DNA from: an uncultured virus (IMG/VR IMGVR_UViG_3300010340_000980)
Taxonomy: Duplodnaviria; Heunggongvirae; Uroviricota; Caudoviricetes
IMG/VR virus record: IMGVR_UViG_3300010340_000980
Direction: 5' to 3' (one strand)
Length of the DNA stretch: 64,000 nt
The notes under the pieces are model-generated. The model ran no database searches. It was not told where the DNA came from and worked only from the letters and a program-made list of their open reading frames with translations. Below are positions 38,701-49,665 of the stretch, piece after piece; the stretch's first letter is position 1, and each line of letters begins with the position of its first letter. A program made the position numbers and the translations under genes.

Positions 38701-41199
38701 GACTATCCAAAACCCATATCATCACCGATTGGTATTACACAGTCTTTCCAAGTAACTGGGAAATATAGTCAATTTTCTGCCTATTATAATCTACAAGCAA
38801 ATGTGGAAATATTAAATACTGATGGTTATTTAATAGAAGAAGATATATTATATCCATCAGGATTTTTAAATTTTGGATATACACCAACATATAATTTATT
38901 AAGTTATTTAAATTTTATAGATCAAACAAGATACACACCAACTAAAGAGTTTCTCGCTTTACCAAAGTATGATGATATACCTGGACCAGATTCCGGTGTA
39001 GCAGATACAACAATTGTAAATGATAATATTGTTTATTTAGATTTTATATCAGGAACATATTCTGGACAACTAGAAACAAATAAACTTTATTTTGGTGTCA
39101 ATTTAAAACCAATTTGGGATTCATTTATGTTATGGACATTTGTGGACGTAACTATAAAAGAAGGATTATCATGGCCTCCTGATTCAAATTCTAATCAATA
39201 TATAACTAAGAGATTAATTATAATTGATAAATATTATGATAATTCTGGCACAGAGCCATATTATGTTATGGTATTTCATGATAAACTATCCGGAACAAAT
39301 ACAATATCATCAGTTTCTATACATAGTAGAAGAACTCTTCAACAAATATCAGATGATTTACAATACATAAATGGGTTACAAAGACCATATGAAGATGCTG
39401 ATGGTTTAAAGTGGTCTGAGATTTCTATTGAATCTGGGTATTCTTATACTAATTATGAAAATAATATCAAATTTAAAATACCAACTGATTCATATACAAA
39501 GGTATTATTATCTGATTCTGATATAGTTGATGATTTAAGTGGAATTATCTATACTGATTATAAATATGAATTAGCTATTCAAATTACAAAATTACAAAAT
39601 GAGTTTGAATTACCAGCAACTGTTTTACAATCTGTAAATTCCAAATACCAATTTTCATTCACAACACCACACGGATTAAATGATGGAGATGGTGTTAATA
39701 TTAGTGTAGTTGGTACAATGTCTTATTGGCCAAAATTATTAGGATATCATGTTATTAAATATTTAGATGATACAGCGATAGAAATAAATATCCCTTGGAC
39801 AGGATTTTCACAGGATAAGATAGTTGTATCATACACAAAACAGGATCCATTTTTAAATTTTGAACCTATTGATATATTTGATTTAGGAATTGGTGATAAA
39901 AAAATAAAACAATCTATTCAAATACTTCAGGATAATTATGATTTATCTATTAATAAATATTATCTGAAAAATATAGATTTTAATAAGTATAGATTTAGAC
40001 TTATTGATGGATTAGATTTAGTAAGATTAACAGAAGATTTCTTTTGGATATTAGATGCAGAAGTATCAAATGCAATAATAGGGCTAGATTCTGAACAAAA
40101 CTTGGTTTGGTATCAAGGAACTTGGGAAGGCGGTAGATGGTTTGGTGGTACTTGGATATCAGGATTTTGGAAATCTGGAGATTGGTATTCCGGAAAATGG
40201 ACATCTAAAATGATTACAGATAATTTATTAACTATAAAAGTTGATAACACTTTAACTAATGAGTATAATTCTATTTGGTATGGTGGTAGATGGTTTGGTG
40301 GTACATGGGAAAATGGTACTTGGTATTCTGGTAGATGGTATGGTGGTACTTGGAATAATGGTAGATGGTTTGATGGTACTTGGAATGATGGTACTTGGAA
40401 TAATGGTATTTTTTCAGGTGGAATTTGGGTATTAGGAGTATGGAATAATGGATTATTTAACACAGACAGTAGTTTATCTTATTGGTTAAATGGAAAGTTT
40501 TTAGGTGGTGATTTTGAAAATGGAGTTTGGTATGACGGTGAGTTTAATGAACTATTAACAACAAAATCAAGATTTGGAACTAAATCATTTAATAGTAGAA
40601 ATTCTATTTGGAATGGTGGTAGATTCTTAAAAGGGGAGTTTCATTCATTTTTAAATGAAAATGATGAAGGAATGCCAGATATTTCAGAAATACATAAATA
40701 TTCCACTTGGTATACTGGTATATTTAGTGGTGGCACTTTCTATGGTGGTAATGTTTATAATATAGAATTTAACTCTTCTCTTTGGCAAGGAGGTATTTTA
40801 AATGAAATTGATATTATAAGAATCAGATCTAATAATACATATAATGATTTCAGATTAGATGGAATCTATCGATTTAATATTGGTGATACATTTTACATAG
40901 TTGATAAATTTGAAGCAGGAACATACTCGGTATTTGGGACAACTGATAATCCTATAAAATATAAAGTATTAGATACAACTATAAATGAAGACACAAATAC
41001 TACTGATATATTTGTAGATGTTAGATTATCTGAAATTTTATCAGTAAATACCGGAGTTATAGATACTGGTATAAAATGTGTTTCTAGTTTTAAAGATTCA
41101 ACGTGGAATAGTGGTATTTGGTTTAATGGTGTCTTTGATAACGGGTATTTTAATGGTGGTATGTGGTATCATGGTAACTTTTCCGGTATTTGGGGATAA
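35737..41199 (+). CDS. very large putative virion/tail protein with beta-propeller-like (BNR/YCF48-type) region and W-x-G-G-x pentapeptide repeats
   Basis: 1820 aa; TDNGGYNW; GTWEGGRWFGGTW.. repeats near 40110-40800 and at the C-terminus. Confidence 0.65.
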   Translation: MWILNNDTKKWTPNVDTLDVSDYQSLKQDLKFLRFYQSVLSSSTFVRMDDLGNIYDILTNYKSKNYNYSTSLSPYVSPYPYAIKNSSAITSTDSLYDFKEKFLPEYGLTLKNLFTPKRLIDDQIKNLLYVDVATTDIIDITKKLPGLEIDGVFIKEGHRILIKNQYSLITLDSSIDPSTYFDGQYQIQETIGNNITYIIYNSTNGIYTYTKEKLIRTSDLDLYENIIKYSICVKLGTVNRETQWSLQRLKTGFFPEYLKNETMYFKERHNYVLRNRMDYNNLYELVLNDTLKHGTQSFIVNDISYTIPERTITVGEFGIIICHQEGKTNIINSKFKVNLRSISETEKNYWICGDDGTLLKVNKINFEIEKIKLLEKLADPKPGIPKDPRVYRDDGTVLTTLTSVSFFNESRGIVVGKFNQLWITDNGGYNWKRINIVDFDGYNFNIVIYQFIDRFYIGGDNGVFIDFLYESGNWTAYKRRVSKFVDLDDEYLLVDDIADLEYFSTGTASFIAISAKNDNLYLYDIENSVSNFNFIFLGNPIFSDISSIRYVSATSSLFLSSFESIYQVNPLSGTFSNTESNIFSVTYSSFYTQSGINSIYNYNNELIITGNNSLWQESLSGTFSDIYDNKFFSNLKPRLLFMDYDAGSKLYWFDDYGQYRLPSKYIVPVSYLIDSNSVTETQISFRQNSNNVFDSITSTTYSYYDNNWITYWKDRLKTFEYYTHLSDGFKVEPSFDFKSSDYLSGVFTYSTSDITCDYTDIQNLMPSTSNKFREQSTPITSPGTLYPLYFYGFLGVWAITIGSTQSAPEKGDVLYIDSNLFSGKFIINKVFSETIGLDTTYYQYFYTDFNDNILNNLKYGKLTGSLEIRNLNKYPTKTGGVKSFTITSYGSEYIPGSYVAVISTSNTGSMATFDIEIDGSRNISSIILNEPGFGFSVGDIINITTTSIIGGNADVVLTISELDYNSLFLENFKKHYISNAYEIEVITDDYPKPISSPIGITQSFQVTGKYSQFSAYYNLQANVEILNTDGYLIEEDILYPSGFLNFGYTPTYNLLSYLNFIDQTRYTPTKEFLALPKYDDIPGPDSGVADTTIVNDNIVYLDFISGTYSGQLETNKLYFGVNLKPIWDSFMLWTFVDVTIKEGLSWPPDSNSNQYITKRLIIIDKYYDNSGTEPYYVMVFHDKLSGTNTISSVSIHSRRTLQQISDDLQYINGLQRPYEDADGLKWSEISIESGYSYTNYENNIKFKIPTDSYTKVLLSDSDIVDDLSGIIYTDYKYELAIQITKLQNEFELPATVLQSVNSKYQFSFTTPHGLNDGDGVNISVVGTMSYWPKLLGYHVIKYLDDTAIEINIPWTGFSQDKIVVSYTKQDPFLNFEPIDIFDLGIGDKKIKQSIQILQDNYDLSINKYYLKNIDFNKYRFRLIDGLDLVRLTEDFFWILDAEVSNAIIGLDSEQNLVWYQGTWEGGRWFGGTWISGFWKSGDWYSGKWTSKMITDNLLTIKVDNTLTNEYNSIWYGGRWFGGTWENGTWYSGRWYGGTWNNGRWFDGTWNDGTWNNGIFSGGIWVLGVWNNGLFNTDSSLSYWLNGKFLGGDFENGVWYDGEFNELLTTKSRFGTKSFNSRNSIWNGGRFLKGEFHSFLNENDEGMPDISEIHKYSTWYTGIFSGGTFYGGNVYNIEFNSSLWQGGILNEIDIIRIRSNNTYNDFRLDGIYRFNIGDTFYIVDKFEAGTYSVFGTTDNPIKYKVLDTTINEDTNTTDIFVDVRLSEILSVNTGVIDTGIKCVSSFKDSTWNSGIWFNGVFDNGYFNGGMWYHGNFSGIWG

Positions 41200-41210
41200 A
41201 TATATAAGAT

Positions 41211-41570
41211 ATGAAAAACAAAAGAATAAGAAAATTCACCGAGTCTATTGAATCTGGTAAATTCCAAGAAGTAATTGATGAATTAGAGTCATTAATTGAA
41301 TCTACTATTGATAATTCCGGAGGAGAAATGAAGTCTTTCATAGAATCATTTATAAAAGATCCTAACGAAGTTAAAATAGAAGGATTGATTAATGAATCTG
41401 ATATTTATGATTTTTATTTAAAATATAGAAACCAAATAGATGAGTGTCTTAATGATATAAATTTTTATGATAATCCACCATCTGAAATAGGAGCTCTAGG
41501 TTTATATGAATATACTATAAAAGGAACAATGGTATCAGTTCAAGAATTTATAAAGCAACTTTCTAAGTAA
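41211..41570 (+). CDS. hypothetical protein (MKNKRIRKFTES)
   Basis: 119 aa. Confidence 0.7.
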   Translation: MKNKRIRKFTESIESGKFQEVIDELESLIESTIDNSGGEMKSFIESFIKDPNEVKIEGLINESDIYDFYLKYRNQIDECLNDINFYDNPPSEIGALGLYEYTIKGTMVSVQEFIKQLSK

Positions 41571-41986
41571 GTTATAATATCTAAATGAAAGTGAAAGTGG
41601 TTTAAAATTAAAAACAATATCACTGTAAATTTTAAATAAGAAAAGATAAATCCAATAAAAGTAAAAATAATATTATATCTAAAATATTTATTTAGAAATA
41701 TTAGAAATAAACTAATACAAAGTAGTGATAGGAATATATACCAACTTGATGATACAAGGCCAATTATAAACCAAATTATTTCTACTAATAGAAATAAAGA
41801 ATATATTGTGAATATATTATAATCTTCATTAGATTTAAAATCTTTTTTCAAAACATCATTTCCGGTAACTTTTCTGTATGTTAAAGCCCATCTTCTTATA
41901 CCAGTAAATTTAATAAAATTAATAGCATTGGAAAAAGAAATTATAAGTACAAATAAACCAATGATATAAAATAAGTCACCAATCAT
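41540..41986 (-). CDS. membrane protein
   Basis: 148 aa, about four hydrophobic segments. Confidence 0.65.
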   Translation of the reverse strand: MIGDLFYIIGLFVLIISFSNAINFIKFTGIRRWALTYRKVTGNDVLKKDFKSNEDYNIFTIYSLFLLVEIIWFIIGLVSSSWYIFLSLLCISLFLIFLNKYFRYNIIFTFIGFIFSYLKFTVILFLILNHFHFHLDIITYLESCFINS

Positions 41987-42079
41987 AATAAAATATATTT
42001 TTAATTTATATTAAAATAAACAAGATTGTTTGTAGAGCATCAATATCTAAATATATATAAAAAAAGTATTTATTAAATA

Positions 42080-44824
42080 ATGGTTACACCACTTTATAAA
42101 AATCTAAAAGAAAATGGAACTTCATTTTATGCTTTTCCAGGTGCAGCCGAAGATATATCAGCAGCATATCAAAATTCAAATTATAAAATGTACTTTTCAA
42201 AGTATGTTTTATTGGATCTACCAATTCAAAATTTAGTTGATGAGAATAATACTGGTGGCACATCTTCGGAAAATTTCTACTGGAATTTTGCTACATTTTC
42301 AACACTATCAGCAACACAACCTAATACATTTTCAGAACAAGTTATTGAATCTCTTAGAAATTATGTAGCCAATCATGAAATTACAATTCGTGAATCCAGA
42401 TTAAATAATACAGAATATTATTACGATAATACTGCACTTGAAACAACTGCTGAAAAGATATTTTTTAAATGGTGTAAAAAATTAGGACTAATTAGTTTAG
42501 AACCAGCATTACCACAAGATGAGTATATTGATGAATTAAACGAATTTCAAAGAAATAACTTAGCAGATGATACTTATTTTAAAGAATATTTATGGAAAGA
42601 AAGAGAAATAAATGAATACACTATAACAGAAATTGATTCATCATCATCACCAGTTGATGGGCAATTTTTAATAGCAGGTGATCAAGCTTTAAAATTAATA
42701 ATGAATAGTATAACAAACTTTAGAGCTGGTGATGTTATAGATGTTAATAATATAAATAATATACCTTTAATAGAAGATGTATTTGGAGTTGGGACCACAG
42801 AATGGTTAGGACCAATTCAATTAAAAGTACTTTCGGTTACAGTAAATACAAATGATACACATGATGTTTTAGTTGATTTTCCAACTATAATAAGCTCAAC
42901 TACTGGACTGGACGGAACTGCAAAAATTATCTATCACAGATTAATTAAATATATTGGTGAAGTTAATGGGGTGTCAAATGTTCAAGAAGCTAATAAAGCT
43001 TATACCGAAGTTTACGCTCATGTTCCAGATCATACTGGACAAACTCCAGACATTTTATTCAGAACAATAGCTGATGTAAATTACAAACCAGGTATGATAT
43101 TTCCAATTATACCAAATCAATATCAACCGGAGATTATAGGATCTGAATTATTCTCTTCGCCAATTGTAAGTTCACCACAAAATTATCCAGGATCTTATTT
43201 TGGACATTTTGATACAGAGGATTTTACATATGAAGCTGCAAATGGTGATTCTTTAAGAAGAAGTGGTAATTATTTTGGAGTTAGTGGTGACATAAATGCA
43301 CCAATTGTTGATGGAACAACAATTGATGGTATAATTTTAGATTTTGATACTACTCACTATGTTAAAATGAATTTGAAAGATAGAACATTATCCAATTTTG
43401 ATCAATTTAACGCATTAGAAGTTAATAATACACCTCCAAAAGATTTTGAATTTAATGCCATACTATGGTATTATACGGTAGAAGACACAACTGGAAATAA
43501 AAAAACAAACTTATATGGTATTTCATTTTTAGATCACCCAGATAACAATCCAAAAGATGCTGAAATTGGATTAAGATTTCCACCATATAAAAAACTAGTT
43601 ACAAATGGTAATCAGGATGGAACATCTTACGCATTCTCACTTAATCTAAACTTTAATATTATTCATGATAATCCAATTGATGCTTATAATCCAGAAGCAA
43701 TTAATTCATTATTTAGTATGAATCTTTTTAATGAGTCAATGAAGAGATTAGCATCCACAAATGATAGTTTTTTAAATATCATAAGTGAACACTCATCTAT
43801 GAAAAGTGAGATAATGAATCTAAAGCAATTACTATATTCTCAAAAAGATTTTGCAACTATAAATTCTAAAATGTCAAACTTAGAAGATTTGTTAAAACTT
43901 TATTCAACGTTACAATCAGAATCATCAGATACTATTGAGATTGAATTAAATTCTGAAACAACACCACCAAGTATAAAATATAATAGCATTGATAGAAAAT
44001 ATAAATCAATAGATATTTATAACACAACGGATATGTATAATTCATCTGGAATAATTCCGGTTAATATTAATGTTCCTAGATATAAAGATTTTATGGTACA
44101 CATTGTTAATAATGATGAGGTATCATTAAAATTACCTAATAATGATAATTTAAAAATTATATTAACATCAGATCTAGAATTTAGACAAAGTATAGATATA
44201 TTAATTAGTGGTAGTGACTTATCTACTGAGAATAAAAAATTAGATATTTATATTTCAACAATAAACCCATTAGGTATAGCAACTGCATCGGCAACTGATG
44301 AAACAGAAATTGAAACATTAATAATAAGCGATATCGATTTACCAATTTTTTATAATAAAACAACTAGTCAACCCAATTCCGCAAAAACTTGGAAAAATTT
44401 TGATTTCAAGATTGATTTAAATAGTGATATAATTTTAACATCTAATAATTTACTAGAATTAACAATAGATTCTAATCCTAATGTAGTTTATAATTCTATA
44501 AAACAGGGAGATTCATATACATTAAATAATTTATTTATTGGAACAAGTTCAGTTTTTGATTTCTCAGGACAATATTTAGTCAACTCTGTTGGATTAACAT
44601 CATCATTAATTAGATTAGATATATCTAGTAACACAGATTTTATTGATTATGGAACTGGTCAATTACCATTAACAATACACTCAACAGCTTCTTCTATTTT
44701 ATCTAATAATCCTTATTTGGATATAAATAAAGGACAAATGATTAAGATAACAAGGATAAATGAATTAGATCAAATTCCAGTTGCTGAAAAATATCTTATA
44801 GATATAAGAGATATTCAATATTAA
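42080..44824 (+). CDS. large putative virion structural protein
   Basis: 914 aa; AATATATA upstream. Confidence 0.6.
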   Translation: MVTPLYKNLKENGTSFYAFPGAAEDISAAYQNSNYKMYFSKYVLLDLPIQNLVDENNTGGTSSENFYWNFATFSTLSATQPNTFSEQVIESLRNYVANHEITIRESRLNNTEYYYDNTALETTAEKIFFKWCKKLGLISLEPALPQDEYIDELNEFQRNNLADDTYFKEYLWKEREINEYTITEIDSSSSPVDGQFLIAGDQALKLIMNSITNFRAGDVIDVNNINNIPLIEDVFGVGTTEWLGPIQLKVLSVTVNTNDTHDVLVDFPTIISSTTGLDGTAKIIYHRLIKYIGEVNGVSNVQEANKAYTEVYAHVPDHTGQTPDILFRTIADVNYKPGMIFPIIPNQYQPEIIGSELFSSPIVSSPQNYPGSYFGHFDTEDFTYEAANGDSLRRSGNYFGVSGDINAPIVDGTTIDGIILDFDTTHYVKMNLKDRTLSNFDQFNALEVNNTPPKDFEFNAILWYYTVEDTTGNKKTNLYGISFLDHPDNNPKDAEIGLRFPPYKKLVTNGNQDGTSYAFSLNLNFNIIHDNPIDAYNPEAINSLFSMNLFNESMKRLASTNDSFLNIISEHSSMKSEIMNLKQLLYSQKDFATINSKMSNLEDLLKLYSTLQSESSDTIEIELNSETTPPSIKYNSIDRKYKSIDIYNTTDMYNSSGIIPVNINVPRYKDFMVHIVNNDEVSLKLPNNDNLKIILTSDLEFRQSIDILISGSDLSTENKKLDIYISTINPLGIATASATDETEIETLIISDIDLPIFYNKTTSQPNSAKTWKNFDFKIDLNSDIILTSNNLLELTIDSNPNVVYNSIKQGDSYTLNNLFIGTSSVFDFSGQYLVNSVGLTSSLIRLDISSNTDFIDYGTGQLPLTIHSTASSILSNNPYLDINKGQMIKITRINELDQIPVAEKYLIDIRDIQY

Positions 44825-44875
44825 TATAGTTTAAGTTTCGGGATTTAATATATATGTTAAATTTAAAACTAAACT

Positions 44876-46033
44876 ATGTGTATAGGTTGTCCAGGAGCAT
44901 CAATATTTGGTAACAAAAACCAGTATATTAAAATACAGAATTCTGATTTTGTGGCAATTGAAGGTGCCAATACAATAGAAAGATTAATTGGTGGGGATAT
45001 TAGAATTCCCTATAAACAATTACTAAAAAGTAGAGTAGTATTGAAAGCGGGTCAAACAAACTATTTATTAAATCACTTAGGACTTGGAGATAATGCAACA
45101 TTTTTAGTAATTAAAGCTACTTATAATACAGCATCTGTAAATGAAGAAGATAATTATGTAGATTATTATTACTATGATGATCTATCATCAAGATTTTCTT
45201 TTAATCAATTAATGGTTCTAACAGGAAATTCAACTAATAGAATTAAACAATTATATTTAACTAATCCAAACATAAAATATGCAGTTACATTAGATGTAAT
45301 GGTTGCTGTTCTAGATGATACATATTCATTTTTCCCAGATATAGTTAATCAAAGTGGAACATCATTTACTGGATTATCATACACAGATATATCATCTTAT
45401 ATAGTTGGTGAATCTATTGTTATTAAAGATATTAATAATAGACCTCTTATTTATATAAATTTATCAAGTATTAATTCAATATCAAGAACGTCTAATATTT
45501 TAACAATTGATGATGAAACATTAGGTACATTATTATTAATTTTTTTAACTGAATATGATGCTATTCAATCTCACTCAATATTAAATTATATTTTATCAAA
45601 TCCAAATATTGATATTGCAAATATTGATCCATTAGCAGATAGTATAGATCCAGTAATGTATTTTAAATCATACGTTGGTGGAACTGGAGCAACAATCTCA
45701 TCATCATTGACATCATCTATACCAACTTATACAGGAGGATCATCATATAGCGTTACAGGATATACATTCTCAACATCTATATCATTATCAAGTTATGGTA
45801 CATCAAGCGTAATTACTAAAAATAATTTAATTAGTCTATTAATTGATTCAGTAATCGATAATAGAGATGGTATTATGTCAATAACAGGGTCTAATTTAAT
45901 ACTACTTGGAACTGAAAGTAATTTAGTTTCATCAATATTGTCGATTGGAACACACTCACTATCTTTTGACTTCTCAGATATTGCTCAGAATTACTTAGAT
46001 GGTGTAATAATCTATTTAGATATAACTTCTTAA
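44876..46033 (+). CDS. putative virion protein
   Basis: 385 aa, S/T/I-rich C-terminus. Confidence 0.55.
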   Translation: MCIGCPGASIFGNKNQYIKIQNSDFVAIEGANTIERLIGGDIRIPYKQLLKSRVVLKAGQTNYLLNHLGLGDNATFLVIKATYNTASVNEEDNYVDYYYYDDLSSRFSFNQLMVLTGNSTNRIKQLYLTNPNIKYAVTLDVMVAVLDDTYSFFPDIVNQSGTSFTGLSYTDISSYIVGESIVIKDINNRPLIYINLSSINSISRTSNILTIDDETLGTLLLIFLTEYDAIQSHSILNYILSNPNIDIANIDPLADSIDPVMYFKSYVGGTGATISSSLTSSIPTYTGGSSYSVTGYTFSTSISLSSYGTSSVITKNNLISLLIDSVIDNRDGIMSITGSNLILLGTESNLVSSILSIGTHSLSFDFSDIAQNYLDGVIIYLDITS

Positions 46034-46206
46034 AAATTATAAAATATATGGCTTATAAATTAGAAAACTTTTTAATTCAAACATCGGATTCTGATAGATG
46101 GCGGTAACAGAGGAAAAGGCTAATCAACTTATTGAATCTGCGAAATTTTCAATAATTGAGAAAATGAATCCTAGGGAATTTTTAGAAAAGTATAACTTAA
46201 AAAAGA

Positions 46207-46842
46207 TTGGAAAAAATGGACCACTTGGATTATAAAATCAAGAAAAATTTTATTACAGATCTTGAAGCTAAACAAATAATAAATTGGATAGATTCTATTA
46301 ATCATAAAGGTGATGATGGTAATCATCACCTTAAAGAACTATCTAAAGTATTGAATGGTAAATCTTATATTTTTGATATTTCAAATACTAGTTTAACCAA
46401 TTATATAACAAAATTTCAGTCTATATCAGATGTTTCATATGATATTTTACCAGAAATTATACATACAATTATTAATAGAATATCTAAAGAATTCAATTTT
46501 CCAAAAGATAATATTTTTTTACAAGCTGTTGATATGAGTAGAGGTGGTAAAATTAATCCACATTATGATCCAGCAATTAATGGATATATAAACTACAAAT
46601 GTAATATAAGTATATCATCAGAAGATTATGATTTTTTTATTGATAAAAAATCAATAAAAATACAAGAAACAGACCTTTATGGATTTGAAGCATCATTATA
46701 TAAACATTGGACTAATGAATTCAATTCAAGAAGAATTTTTCTAAGTTTTGGATTCATATTACCATATTCAATATTAAATAGAAATGAAAATGATCCAAGA
46801 ATCAGATTATCAAAAAGAATAGAGAAGTATTTTCAAAAGTGA
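46207..46842 (+). CDS. putative 2OG-Fe(II) oxygenase
   Basis: GGKINPHYD...YKHW...RIFLSFGF (HxD...H...R). Confidence 0.6.
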   Translation: MEKMDHLDYKIKKNFITDLEAKQIINWIDSINHKGDDGNHHLKELSKVLNGKSYIFDISNTSLTNYITKFQSISDVSYDILPEIIHTIINRISKEFNFPKDNIFLQAVDMSRGGKINPHYDPAINGYINYKCNISISSEDYDFFIDKKSIKIQETDLYGFEASLYKHWTNEFNSRRIFLSFGFILPYSILNRNENDPRIRLSKRIEKYFQK

Positions 46843-46853
46843 ATATATAACCA

Positions 46854-47810
46854 ATGATTAAAAAATATAGTCAATTTATCTCAGAATCATTTTCTGTCGA
46901 AGATCATCATTCACTTGGTGAGTATATTGAAAAACTAGCAGAAAATGATAAATTTATTCAAATGATTGTTGGTCAGATGACTGGTGATATAGATGTATCT
47001 ATTAGAATGTCTAATGCTATTAATTTATTAGATGATTTAGAAAAAGTTGAATTACTTAAAAGAGTTGAGAATCACTTAAATGGAGTTGAAGGTGAAGTAA
47101 GTGTAAGTGCAACTGTCGATTTAGAAACCGTCGAACCAAATGAAATAAATGAGGCTTATGGTAAAAGTGTTCTAAATACATTTTTTAAATGCCTTACAGC
47201 TCTTGGATTCAAAGACAGCACCCCACAAACTAATGAAGTTCCAACTGAATTTTTAATGTTCTTTAAATTAAGTGGAGTTGAATCATCAAAAATAGAAGGT
47301 GTATTTCAACGTTTTAAATCTCTACAATCAATTAATGTTGATTATAGTCGTCCAACTATGGGATTATATTTTGGAATCAAATGTGATGGTTTATTTGAAT
47401 ATGGATACTATTATGATGATTTATTACCAATTGGACAATTTAAATTGACCAAATCTATTTATAATAAAATAAGATTAACGGAATTAAAATCTGCTTCAGG
47501 TCTTAAAAAGATATTAGTTAATCTTAATTTTGAAGATATTGTTTTAATGTCAAAAATTAAAATAGAAATGGATAAGTTTAATCCAGGATATTTTGAACAA
47601 AAAATGGTTCCACAAATTAATGAGAGAACTATGACATTTGGATTTTATGGGGTTGGTAAATGGGATAATGGTCAATTGGATGCTGGTGAATTTGAAAATG
47701 TTAAAAGTAATTTAAAAATGTTTTTATCAAAATATAAATGGTCCGAAAAGATCATGATAAGTGTTCAACCAAGTAAATTTTGGGTTTATATACAAATAAA
47801 ATTGAAGTAA
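46854..47810 (+). CDS. hypothetical protein (MIKKYSQFISES)
   Basis: 318 aa. Confidence 0.75.
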   Translation: MIKKYSQFISESFSVEDHHSLGEYIEKLAENDKFIQMIVGQMTGDIDVSIRMSNAINLLDDLEKVELLKRVENHLNGVEGEVSVSATVDLETVEPNEINEAYGKSVLNTFFKCLTALGFKDSTPQTNEVPTEFLMFFKLSGVESSKIEGVFQRFKSLQSINVDYSRPTMGLYFGIKCDGLFEYGYYYDDLLPIGQFKLTKSIYNKIRLTELKSASGLKKILVNLNFEDIVLMSKIKIEMDKFNPGYFEQKMVPQINERTMTFGFYGVGKWDNGQLDAGEFENVKSNLKMFLSKYKWSEKIMISVQPSKFWVYIQIKLK

Positions 47811-48352
47811 TGAAGTATATCCAGAGTATTTTTGAAAAATTAGATAAAACTAGAAATCAAATTCAATATGCAATAGATGAGTATAATAGATTACTTATTA
47901 GAGATGAAGTATGGAATAATTTTTATAACAAAATAGATTTAGAAAATAAAGATCCCAAATTTCTAAATGATATTTGTGAATTTGGTGAAAATAGATTAAA
48001 AGAAATAAAAAAAGAAAAAGAAGAAGATTTGCAACTAGTTAAGGATTTAGTTACAGATTATTTAGAAGATTGTGAGTCAATTAATTCAGAAGAATTAAGA
48101 ATAAGAGGAGCTCAAAGAGGATCAGGATATGAAATAGAATTGACAATTGCTTTTTCAAAAAAATGTATAAAAGATAGAAAACGTGTTGATAGAGACTTTC
48201 AAATAACAGAAAATGAAATTATGGATTACTGGGAAAATTTAATTAATCTATTCAAAGTACTTAAATCAAATGGATTTGAATCAAATATAAGATATTATCA
48301 ACCTAACGGTGTTGAAATGAAAATTACAATTGAAAGAAAACATGAAAATTAA
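47810..48352 (+). CDS. hypothetical protein (MKYIQSIFE)
   Basis: ATG overlaps the upstream stop. Confidence 0.7.
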   Translation: MKYIQSIFEKLDKTRNQIQYAIDEYNRLLIRDEVWNNFYNKIDLENKDPKFLNDICEFGENRLKEIKKEKEEDLQLVKDLVTDYLEDCESINSEELRIRGAQRGSGYEIELTIAFSKKCIKDRKRVDRDFQITENEIMDYWENLINLFKVLKSNGFESNIRYYQPNGVEMKITIERKHEN

Positions 48353-48863
48353 GAAATTTAACGAAAGTATAACTAAAAAAGATTCACCATTTACCAACTG
48401 GGAAATGATGGAACAACTTATTGCACCTATTATTAAATATGATTGGACAATCTATTATAAATTCTATACTATGTATGATGAAGATGTAATGCCACTTGGT
48501 CCTAAACACACTAAAAACTTTACAGACGAATTTTGGGATACTTTAGGATTAAATATAGAGGAAAATGGATATTCATTAGGATCAACAAATAAACTAATTG
48601 TATATGGATGTATTATAGATATTAATGATCAAATATTTAATGGTCTATCAAGAGATGAACAAAGAGGTGGAAGACCATTCTCAACTTATGATTCGGAAAA
48701 ATTAATTCAAATATTAGAAGATATTGAAAGAATAAAAGATGATTGTGTAACAGAAGGATTGACTCTATCTATGTTTATAGGTAATGAGGGATTTAACTCA
48801 ACGAGTAATTTTAATAGAGATGCTCAAATATCACTTTTGATTTTAGATGGTGTTTTTAAATAA
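48342..48863 (+). CDS. hypothetical protein (MKIKKFNES)
   Basis: ATG at 48342. Confidence 0.7.
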   Translation: MKIKKFNESITKKDSPFTNWEMMEQLIAPIIKYDWTIYYKFYTMYDEDVMPLGPKHTKNFTDEFWDTLGLNIEENGYSLGSTNKLIVYGCIIDINDQIFNGLSRDEQRGGRPFSTYDSEKLIQILEDIERIKDDCVTEGLTLSMFIGNEGFNSTSNFNRDAQISLLILDGVFK

Positions 48864-48871
48864 TATGAAAT

Positions 48872-49252
48872 ATGAAATACTTAAAATATCTGAAAGAAAG
48901 TATTATATCTGATAAAATTGATAGATTAGAAGATCTAACATTTAACTTAAAAGATAATGATTTGATGGTAGATTTTATAAAATCTAATCCCTATGTCTTT
49001 ATACTACGTGATGGTACTGATCATATTACTTCATTCACCAATCATAAATGGGATGGTAATAAATACGTTTTTATTTTAATTTATAAAATAAAAAATAAAC
49101 AACTTGAAAAATTTAATAATGAAGAATTATTAATTATTGAAGAATTTAGAAAAACATTAAGAAGTTATAAATTAGAACGATCTATTTCGGGCGGAGATGG
49201 ATTCTTTCTTTACTCTATACTAAAAAGAGATCTTTATAATTCTAATTTATAA
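48872..49252 (+). CDS. hypothetical protein (MKYLKYLKES)
   Basis: 126 aa. Confidence 0.7.
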   Translation: MKYLKYLKESIISDKIDRLEDLTFNLKDNDLMVDFIKSNPYVFILRDGTDHITSFTNHKWDGNKYVFILIYKIKNKQLEKFNNEELLIIEEFRKTLRSYKLERSISGGDGFFLYSILKRDLYNSNL

Positions 49253-49262
49253 TATATACAAT

Positions 49263-49589
49263 ATGAAATATCTTAGAAAATATAACGAAAATATTAATAC
49301 TTTTGATGTTGATTTTGCAATATCAAAAATAAAAGAACATTTTGATTTCAAAAAAGTTAAAGAAATGTTAGATAAAGAAGTTCTTGAATGGACACCAGAG
49401 GATGAAGATGGATCATATTATTCAGAACATTCAAATGGGGAGGCAGAAGATACAATTATCACACATTTAATTGATTGGTATTCTATAAAATATCCTTCAT
49501 CATATTCAGAAGAAAATGAAGAAGCTAGTAGTAATTATTCAGTTCTTAGAAAAGCTATTCAAAAAGAATATAATTTTTTAAATTATTAA
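49263..49589 (+). CDS. hypothetical protein (MKYLRKYNEN)
   Basis: 108 aa; stop lies in the left TSD. Confidence 0.7.
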   Translation: MKYLRKYNENINTFDVDFAISKIKEHFDFKKVKEMLDKEVLEWTPEDEDGSYYSEHSNGEAEDTIITHLIDWYSIKYPSSYSEENEEASSNYSVLRKAIQKEYNFLNY

Positions 49590-49665
49590 GGGAACTATAT
49601 ACTTGTTTAACCTAAACTAATTCCATTTTTTATTATATATTAATTTTAATTTTTGTTCTTTTTCC

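Noticed and set aside
40001..40463. Minus-strand ORFs, including one with QVP/HLP repeats
   Set aside because: Antisense shadows of the 1820-aa gene and its Trp/Gly repeat.
46048..46206. Short ORF pieces between 46033 and the oxygenase gene
   Set aside because: Looks like a deletion remnant (19-codon ORF plus a startless frame); no function can be supported.
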